From assembly GCA_951406725.2 (NCBI GenBank), contig OX597833.1:15190001-15254000 (forward strand): a stretch of DNA of 64,000 nucleotides, given 5' to 3'. The translations under genes were made by a program, and so were the position numbers. The notes under the pieces are model-generated. The model was not told where the DNA came from and made no database searches. It saw only the letters and a list, made by a program, of their open reading frames with translations. Below, one piece after another: positions 54,360-64,000 of the stretch; the first letter of the stretch is position 1, and each line of letters begins with the position of its first letter. This DNA is from Octopus vulgaris (taxonomy: Eukaryota).

Positions 54360-54750
54360 GGATGGAAGCACTCCGTCGGTTACGACGACGAGGGTTCCGG
54401 TTGATCCGAATCAACGGAACAGCCTGCTCGTGAAATTACCGTGTAAGTGGCTGAGCACTCCACAGACGCGTGTACCCTTAACGTAGTTCTCGGGGATATT
54501 CAGCGTGACACAGAGAGTGACAAGGCCGGCCCTTTGAAATACAGGTACAACAGAAACAGGAAGTAAGAGTGAGAGAAAGTTGTGGTGAAAGAGTACAGCA
54601 GGGATCACCACCATCCCCTGCCGGAGCCTCGTGGAGCTTTTAGGTGTTTTCGCTCAATAAACACTCACAACGCCCGGTCTGGGAATCGAAACCGCGATCC
54701 TATGACCGCGAGTCCGCTACCCTAACCACTGGGCCATTGCGCCTCCACAC
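54360..54750 (-). mobile_element. Family B SINE, tail type 1
   Basis: 9-bp TSD GAACAGGAT at 54351-54359 and 54751-54759. Confidence 0.9.
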
Positions 54751-54819
54751 GAACAGGATATCAATATTCGCAATCATATAGACGATACGAAACGATATAG
54801 ACTGTAAGCTAAAGTAGCG

Positions 54820-55020
54820 ATCTAGCAGAATCATTACCGCATCACACAAAAGGCTTAGCGGCATTTCGTCCGATATTATGTTCTGAGTTCAAATCACATC
54901 GAGGTCGACTTTACTTTCATCCTTTCGGGGTCGATAAATTAAGTACCAGTTGAAAACTGAGATCGATGTAAACGACTCACCTCCTCTTCCGACAGTACTG
55001 GCCTTGGCCAAATTTTGAAA
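54820..55020 (+). mobile_element. Family C SINE, diverged
   Basis: Meta-like domain TTTCATCCTTTCGGGGTCGATAAATTAAGTACCAG. Confidence 0.7.
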
Positions 55021-55121
55021 TCAATGTAGATTTTAAACTCGACGTACAGTCTATATGTTTCCCTGTCCTACATAAATGTTCTTATTTTTCGGCTGCCTTT
55101 ATAGCGCAAATTTTCATTGAG

Positions 55122-55450
55122 AGACCCCCTTCAGTCATGACTGACCATGGGATTGCACCGAGAAAGATACCCTCCCAGGCACAAGTCCGGGCAAGGTTGT
55201 TTATGAAAGACCAGCAGTCGCCCATGCATACCGGCCTCCCCTCTCCACGCCACCAGTGTCATCCAAGGGAAAGGCAAAGGTGCCGATACAGCTTGGCACC
55301 TGTGACGTCGCAACTCATTTCTACAGATGAGTGAACTGCAGCAACGTGAAATAAAGTGTCTTGCTCAAGAACACAACACGCAGCCCGATCCGAGATTCGA
55401 ACTCACAACCTCACGATCGACGCTCTAACCACTGAGCCATTCGCCTTCGC
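55122..55450 (-). mobile_element. Family D SINE
   Basis: Matches 48645-48975. Confidence 0.8.
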
Positions 55451-56064
55451 ATGTATTCATTAGGCAACCCTAAACCGTACTTGGTATTAGGCGGTATGTT
55501 ACTCTAAGGCCTGATGCGCTATGTGTTGGCTGTAATATATTTTTTATCATTTGAACTGTAATGTCGACGTCCCATAAATTTAAGCTACCTGATACTAGTT
55601 TTATATGAACGGAAAATAATATAATCTTAGAAAAATAAAATACGAATGTGGTAAGTAGTTCACTCGGGTCATAAAACATGTATATATGTAATATGTGGAA
55701 CATGAGATAATTTTATGGAATACATTTTGTCATATTCATTCCTGCATTTTACCTTCATATTTTAAATGCTGCCTAAATCAAAGATAGTTTTTAATATTCT
55801 GAGACTGATGCATTTTAGTGCTGGTCCGGAACCGTGGATCTGAGGAATTTCAAAAGCTTACCTAGAAATGATGCGCGGTGTTTGTTTGTAATCTTTATAT
55901 TATGAATTACAAATAATTTGAGCGAACAGATCTGTGTTTCAAAAACACATTAGAAGGACGGCATGAGGAAACCGGTTTTTTATTAGTTGCTATTTTTCGG
56001 CGACATTTGAGCTAGAATAGAATCGTGACTAATTTAACGCTTACGGGTAATAAAGAAATAGATA

Positions 56065-56245
56065 TTTCGACTGCTGTTACGTTCTGAGTTCAAATTCCCC
56101 TGAGGTCGACTTTGTCTTTCATCCCTTCGGGGTCGATTAAATAAGTACCAGTTACTCACTGGGGTCGATGCAATGGACTTAGTGTCTTTGTCTGTCCTTG
56201 TTTGTTCCCTCTATGTTTAGCCCCTTGTGGGCAATAAAGAAATAA
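56065..56245 (+). mobile_element. Family C SINE, 5'-truncated
   Basis: B-box, Meta-like domain and tail. Confidence 0.75.
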
Positions 56246-56699
56246 ATATAGAGATGACATTTAATAAAATTTCGTCTGAAGGTTCGTTGTTATATACAAC
56301 CGTCTGACCGTATTTGTATTCAGTAAATTGAATATTTAGTACAGATAATAATTTACCTCAATTCGATCTTAGATTCGATCTTAGAAACGGTCTTAATTGC
56401 TTCTTGCAAATTACGCGGAATTTGTGAAAACGAGCTAGGCGGTATATACTAATATTTAGATAATTCATTATATGTGCTTAGAAGAAAGAACATGAAAGTT
56501 ATCTAAGTACCGAAAATTTGTTCACGACTTAAACACGGTAATGGACACGCAGATTTATACACCTGCATTCTAAGATACCAAATGATGGACTACTTCCTGG
56601 TATTTCAGATATGGGAATCCTTGCCTGACAACTTCCTTGTTCCTCTATAAACAAGCGCTTTTTTCAATGTTTAGTATTTGCGTAACGCAGCTACAACAA

Positions 56700-57120
56700 G
56701 GAGGCGCAATGGCCCAGTGGTTAGGGCATCGCACTCGCGGTCAGAAGATCGCGGTTTCGATTCCTAGACCGGGCGTTTTGTGTGTTTATTAAGCAAAAAC
56801 ACCTGAAGCTCCACGAGTCTGCGGCAGGAGGTGGTGGCGACCCCTGTTGTACTTTTTCGCTCCAACTTTCTCTAGCTCTTTCTTCCTGTTTCTTGACACA
56901 TACTTCCTACGCAAACGCTGAGCCCGGATACGCGTTCATCCATCTGTCGATGCTCTCGGTGTCGGGGGTTGACCTGCTTTCTCTTCTGCGGATCTTACGA
57001 ATAGCAAAGGACCACGTTTCGGACTTCTTCCACTACAGACAATCCTGAGGCGCGATCTTGTGAGCTCTAAAGAGAAGAGGGTAGGGACGAAGACCGCTTC
57101 ACTCAGCAAACAAACAAGCA
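56700..57120 (+). mobile_element. Family B SINE, tail type 4
   Basis: Matches 51031-51415 with a ~35-bp longer tail segment. Confidence 0.85.
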
Positions 57121-58589
57121 GCTACAACGATCTCCGTTTAAGCAAAAATAGTGTGCATCGGATGATAAGCAGTTTAATGTTAAAACGGCCGCATCCAGAG
57201 CGGCCATCAGATCAATGCTTAATCAAAGCAAGTGACATGGGAATTTCTTCCATTCTTATCATGTATTGCCGGGGAAATATCATTGCATGATCCGAAGAAC
57301 CATCAGTTTATCAGATACCAGAGGTTATCAAACTGTGATGCTACTTTCATAGCAAGGTCGAAAAAGATATGACGAGACATGGGAAATATCTTGCTGCTGT
57401 TCCGTATCGAAATCTTGCATCGTCCTTCAAAACTGAACACATATAATGTAACACCGTGCGATTATTGTGTAGCTGCTTTGAATACTAACCTCTTTGATCT
57501 CTATAAATCTCCCTGCCACCCAGGGGTTAAAAGGATGACACGATTTATCGCTGTGAAATCTTCAGATGGATGACATTAAATGCGTTGCTTCTATACGCCA
57601 GGTTTGTGAATAGTTAACGCCGTGATACTATCACTCTAAAGCTGCATCACTTCATTATATTTAGGCTTCTGTTTGACCGCATTATCATTGATTTTGCTGA
57701 TATTTTAACTTCCTTCTCAACTAATAAATAGCTGCTGATTGTTCTCGATGAACATTGCAGCTTTCAAATTGAATTATTGGCATCAAATCTCAATTACTAC
57801 TCACATTCATTGTGTTTGCGGTTGAGAAGATACCCAACCATTAAGGAATCATTCCCGTCAGAGAATATCCAGATTAAATTATAGAACAACGAGAAAACTC
57901 CAACTGGACGCATTAACAGTCCTGAAAATTGCCTTGAAATATCTCCTGTCATAGCACTTAGGAGAAGAAGCTGATGTAAAACTTATCCTATCGAAAGGAA
58001 AGAGGCTTCAGATAGAAATTGGATTTTGAGTTAGAGATCTGAACGTTTGCGGATTTGGAAATGCATTATGCTCCGAGAATATATAATTTTTACTTACATT
58101 TTATACGGCAATGCGGGAAGAGAATGCGATTCATTCGTATTATGCTAAAATCATAAATAGATAATATTCGAAGCTATTCTGACGCTGGTCCCTGCTGCTA
58201 TAAATCCTGTTTAAACTCATACATGAGATAGTCGGGATAATCTAAGCTCGCTTAAAGTAACAAACACCTTCTTTAAAACGAATATGTTATCATTAATTCA
58301 AATGTCAGAGAGAGTTATCAAATAATAAAAATACAAAACAAGACAAGTAATAAACGGTTGGATATTTGGGACCAGAGAAGAAATTGTAAGTAAATACAAG
58401 TAATGAAATAAATAAGGTAACCATCGTATCCAACGTTACTTTAAACATTACACTCGTCATTTTAATGATCGACGTTCTTCGTAGCATCATAAACGTTAAA
58501 AAATCTACACACACTAACACCAAAACCATCATATAGATCTATTTCCAATTTCCACATCCTCGTCGTTATCCTCCTCCTCCTCCTCCTCC

Positions 58590-58663
<74 letters not shown>

Positions 58664-59189
58664 TATAATGAGCAAGTGTACAAAGATAAAATAATCGTTA
58701 TTTTCCATTTTACTGTTAATTTCGAGACAGTTTGAAAAATAAAATGTTATTTTGCGGTTGGTTTTTGTTTATATTTTGAATTATGGTACCCCCCAAATCC
58801 CACAATACATAGGAGGGGTACGAAAATATTTTAAGTACTTAGGTTCTATATGGGACTTCATACGATCCTGATGATACCACTGGACATACCAAATTCGCTG
58901 ACGATTCTGGGAAATCAGAGCAAAAATCAGGGTTAGAGAGTAACATCCTTTTAGTTATCTACCATAGTAATTATACGAATCTTGCAATCTTTCTTTATTT
59001 AGATTGTAACTAAATATTTAGGGAAGAAAAAACAGAAAAGCAACAAGTTATTAGTAAAGAAATGGTGGAATGTATCAATTTTATGCGTCTTAACCTAAAG
59101 TTTATTCAAGAGATTTTTAATTTATTAACTTTGGATATATTGGCATATGCTATATTATATTTTATTTTCTGAATAGAACTTGCTCCCAG

Positions 59190-59515
59190 ATGTTATGAGC
59201 AGTCTTAAACAAATCTTGGAGAAGTCATCCCACCAAGAAACAGCTGTATAGAAATTTACGGTCTTTCCACCATAATAAGGGAAGAGTACTTTTGATTTGG
59301 GTCGAGCTAAAGAAGAACTAGCACATACCCTAGTGCTATGGATACGAAGGCATGGTCGTACTCGAGCAGGTTGCCTGAATACAACGTGTCTATCTCAACT
59401 CACTAGAGACACTGGGCCCCTTCCTTGAAGACCTCCCTCAACTAATACAGGACCCAGACGCGAAGTGTGTGTGGATTTAAAATGTCCCAACAAACCCGAC
59501 TAGTTGAAGATGATA
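59190..59515 (+). mobile_element. Decayed RTE-clade LINE 3' fragment
   Basis: RAVLNKSWRSHPTKKQLY..RAKEELAHTLVLW..HGRTRAG..QLTRDTG; homologous to 34601-34939. Confidence 0.65.
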
Positions 59516-60023
59516 TATTCAGTTACGTGAAAATATATTTCAGAGCTAAATGATAGAATTATTATTCTACGAATCGGTGCTGAAACGGTCTTGGCTTTTG
59601 GTACAAACAAACAAAAAAATGATAAACTACAAAATGATAAGTTAATTATATTTTTAACCAGCATATTCCCTCACAGATCCAAACACTTACTGCGGTAAAA
59701 CGTCGGTCTTCGTAAGCTCTATAAGGCCTCACTCTACGCCTTTCGCGATACCCATAAGCCAGAAACTTTTCAGAACCCACCTTCTGCTTCGTTTTAAGGG
59801 AACGATTGAAATACAAATGAGCAAAATACTTATCGATGTAGGTCTGATTTATTAGTTAAGTATCACCCCTTGCAGCCGCTTGGTTTCGGGTTTAGCTCCG
59901 CTTATTAGTACGTTTGGCAAGGGCCTTTTCCTGTAGTTATGGGCTATCGTAATGCCTTGCAACAAAATTTGATAGCGGGAAACTCCCATCCAATATAGAT
60001 ACATACACACATACATACATACA

Positions 60024-60081
<58 letters not shown>

Positions 60082-61027
60082 TAAAAATGTGTGTATGTCA
60101 GCATCCATTGCTTCACCATCGTCGTTGCTTATTTACATCTTTTCGATTTTGTAACAGCAACTTGGGTAACTTTTATTACTGTGATTATGATGATTATTTA
60201 TTTATTCATTTATTTATCTATTTATACGGTTTGGATTTAACCTAAATACCCACTTTACATTTTGTAGCCTGTTTAACCAAACGCTTTTTACTCTACTTTA
60301 TAATTTTGTGTGAAGAAGGATTAAATCATGAAATAAAACTTTGGAAAATTATGTTTGTCCCGCAACCCGTTTAATGTCTACTTTACATCCAAACGTATCA
60401 GTTGAGGAACGGGTCAGATGTTACTGGTTAAACGATTATGTGCGGGTTTTAAAATAATTGTCTTATATCTCGATTACAGAGTTTTCGCATAACAATCTAA
60501 AGTTGATACCGAATGCTGAAATATTAAAAGTATTGATGATGATGGTTCGTTGGTATCTGTTAAGATTAATGAAAGATAAGGATGTTTAACTTTACTATCA
60601 TATTGTGCAGGGTGTGAGTTATTTACTTATGAAATGTGCTGCACCATTCTTTTTATCTATAACATTCATATAACGCTGTGTCTGAACAATACTTCACGGG
60701 AAATTGATTTCAATTTGTTTTCACGGTATATTTCTGTATGTTACTGATAGCCTGAACCATTAGGAAAATTAGATCGATATTATTATATGATAAAATCCTA
60801 AACATGAAAATTAAAATTCCAAATATACTGCTTTTATATATGTTTGGTTCCTCGTATTTTCCTTTCTATTATGTAACCATTATCCACTGTTCTCTAACCT
60901 ACTAAATAATATGCCCAAACAATTTGCTCCTCTACATCCCACCTCGCCATAGTGTAGACTTGCAGTTAATGCATAACTACACAACAGATATTATGGATCC
61001 TTTAATTTTGTCGAAAAGTAATAAATA

Positions 61028-61203
61028 GGCGCAGGAGTGGCTGTGTGGTAAGTAGCTTGCTAACCAACCACATGGTCCCGGGTTCAGTCCCACTGCGTGG
61101 CATCTTGGGCAAGTGTCTTCTGCTATAGCCCCGGGCCGAGCAATGCCTTGTGAGTAGATTTGGTAGATGGAAACTGAAAGAAGCCTGTCGTATATATGTA
61201 TAT

Positions 61204-61273
<70 letters not shown>

Positions 61274-61376
61274 GAAATGAGGTAATCAGAAGATCGGATA
61301 TTTCATATTTATAGATATTTATTTATATATTACATTTTTTACATATATATATCATATCATTCAGATCATATCATTC

Positions 61377-61428
<52 letters not shown>

Positions 61429-61640
61429 TTGTGTGTCTGTGTTTGTCCCCCTAGCATTGCTTGACAACCGATGCTGGTGTGTTTACGTCCCCGTCACTTA
61501 GCGGTTCGGCAAAAAGAGACCGATAGAATAAGTACTGGGCTTACAAACAATAAGTCCCGGGGTCGATTTGCTCGACTAAAGACGGTGCTCCAGCATGGCC
61601 GCAGTCAAAATGACTGAAACAAGTAAAAGAGTAAAAGAGA
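61028..61640 (+). mobile_element. Family A SINE with a ~110-bp insertion in its central TA tract
   Basis: Intact head and tail; foreign sequence at 61268-61380. Confidence 0.9.
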
Positions 61641-61994
61641 TGTTGATTGTTGTCGGTGAGCATGAACTACTTCAGATTGAATCAATATCATCTTATCTCA
61701 AATATATTCATATGCAGTTTCCTAGTTGTTGACAAGATATGCAGCCATTAAGAAATTAACCTTCCACCTTTCCTCGGCGCATTCATACATTTTATTCTTG
61801 ACGACAGGATCGTAACACTGTCTGAAAAATCACCTTGCTCTCATTTGTTATTGTTCTTGACGTTCAGGTTTCCATTGACACTGGTCGATATTGCTTTTCA
61901 TTCATCGGAAAACGATAACGTAGATTATAAAGCAAAGGCGGAGGTCAACATAAGCGAATAATCTTACGTTTAATAGCAGCCTTTTATCTCCATA

Positions 61995-62378
61995 CTAGCA
62001 GTATCGCACGGCGTTGCTCGGGTTTGTAAGGGAAATAACTATAAAGCATTTTTAGAGAGTTATAGCCAAAAAATAGCAAAAAAAAGGGAAAAAAAATGAT
62101 GGTAAATTTTATTTTGAGAGTTAAAAAGGTCGAGTTGCGTCCCCTAGACAGTCTGTGGTTTGTGTTTCTGATTCTCGACCCCATGTCGAATTTATCGATT
62201 TCTTTCAGAACTGGGAGAACTTTTCAAAATTTTCGCTGCGTTAGTTTTGAATTATGACATTGGGCTATGTGTGTTTCAAGTTTCATCAGAATCGGTTGAA
62301 AGCCGTGGTAAGGGTGAGGGTACAACCTAACAGACACACAGACACGCAGACAGACAAACTGCCGTTTATATAGAGAGA
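61995..62378 (-). mobile_element. Non-autonomous Helitron
   Basis: Same hairpin-CTAG terminus and first ~110 bp as 143-538; TCTCTCTATAT 5' end; A|T site. Confidence 0.85.
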
Positions 62379-62394
62379 TATTCTTTTATATTTT

Positions 62395-62799
62395 ACATGA
62401 TGGAGTTATTAGACTGCGGTCATGCTGGGGCACCGCCTTGAAGAAATTTAAGTGTAATATATCGACGCCAGAACTTTTTGGAAAACGTGGTACTTATTCT
62501 ATCGGTTCCTTTTTCCCAGCCGCTAAGTTGCGGGGACGTAAACACACCAGCACCAGATGTCTAGCGGTGGTGGTAGAACAAACTGACACGCACTAACACA
62601 CACAAATACACACACAAACACACACACACACACACACACACGCGTGCGAACACACATGTACATGCCTATCTAACGTGCGTACCTAACTGTATATATATCT
62701 TAATCATCGTTATTTAACGTACGTTTTCCATGCTGGCATGGGTTCGGCAGTTTGACAGGATTCGGCAAGCAAGCCACAAAGCTACTTCTCACTACAGCA

Positions 62800-62877
<78 letters not shown>

Positions 62878-62977
62878 TTTTATTTATTGAGATCGATCAT
62901 TATCTGTGACTTGTTCGAACACTGTCTTCACGGCTACTTTGTTTATTGACCCAGGAAAAATTTAATTCCTGTAGTTA

Positions 62978-63020
<43 letters not shown>

Positions 63021-63186
63021 TGCAGACACACGCAGAGGACGGGCTCCTTTCAGTTTCTTTCTCCCAAATCCACTCCGAAGGGTTTGGGTGACCTTAGGCT
63101 ACAGTCGAAGACAAACAAAGGTGACACGCACAGGTATTGAAACCGGAACGATGTGTTTGGGAAGCAAGCTTCTGACTACACGGCTC
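62395..63186 (-). mobile_element. Old family A-related SINE split by insertions in its central microsatellite
   Basis: 3' half at 62395-62600 and 5' half at ~63035-63186. Confidence 0.6.
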
Positions 63187-64000
63187 ATCTTTCTCCTGGA
63201 ACATTTATATCAGAAACATATATATATTTCTCTGTTTTACGTCAGAATCCAAATTTTTCCGAGGTTATATACACGTTTTATTCGTCGGAAGGAATAAAGG
63301 TCGAATATGATTGTGAAGTCAAATACTAGACTAAAACGCACATCGAAATTGCCGGCATTGTGCATGAATTATACACACTACATTAGCACATTCGTCCAAA
63401 AAAAACAAGAATAAGTTATGGCATTTGTTGTCCGGAGATTTACGTTCTAATTACGCCGATGTTAACATCCAATCTTTCAATGGAAATAAGATAAAGTACC
63501 AGTCATCTTCTTGAGTCTATGTGATCGACTACTCGCCTTTACCCGCATTAATGAACCTAAAATTACTCGGCCATCACCACCACCACCACCACCACCATCA
63601 TCATATCGTAATCGTCATCATCATCATCATCATCATCATCCTCAACATCATTAAAGTGACAGTGGGATAAAATATACGAAGCCGATACACTCATCATGAC
63701 TACCCCTCTGGTAAGGGTGCACCAGGCACATGCATCACAACCATATGTTTGCGACATAGTGATCACATATCAAGACAAACAGCTCATGACATTGCAGATG
63801 GGGCCCCAGTTAGGATTTTCTTCAGGTCCAGTAGCCAATCCCGCTCAAAAGATCGTTGAATAGGGTTTTTTTTTACGGATGGCGAACAAGACACCCACAT
63901 TTCCAAATGTGAATTATCCAAATCCCAAAGAATTACTCTCAACGCATGGCTATGATGCTTCCCCACTTCTGTTTCTGATAAGAGATGCACATATCGTCAG

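Noticed and set aside
57130-57830. Possible decayed hAT transposase on the minus strand (LAMKVASQF, NLK-LQ-like)
   Set aside because: Too fragmentary to support by eye; needs blastx.
58700-58970. Helentron/DINE-like remnant
   Set aside because: Only a vague resemblance; termini cannot be defined.
63640-64000. 68-aa ORF at the window end
   Set aside because: No recognisable motif; the minus strand ends in an (ATG)n tail, as expected of a retroelement 3' region; truncated by the window.

Overview
Repeat-saturated, AT-rich eukaryotic DNA with no recognisable host protein-coding exon. The SINE families and very high (TA/CA/ATC)n microsatellite load point to an octopus genome (inference). Nearly all ORFs in the supplied track are microsatellite or SINE artefacts. 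The window holds four tRNA-derived SINE families, non-autonomous Helitrons (one head-to-tail dimer), MITEs, and decayed mariner, R4/Dong, RTE and CR1-type fragments. The main signal is a recurring architecture read by eye: short elements in or beside microsatellites, made of a minimal type-I hammerhead-ribozyme motif plus a 3' tail, often with a fold-back (inverted) copy of the tail. One 3.4-kb member keeps an open GIY-YIG endonuclease frame, identifying the group as Penelope-like elements. The hammerhead cores include canonical CUGAUGA copies, compensatory swaps of the C3-G8 pair (U3-A8, G3-C8) and a U4C variant. One fold-back unit encloses a tRNA-like gene instead of a ribozyme. All folds and alignments are manual, and coordinates of decayed elements are approximate.
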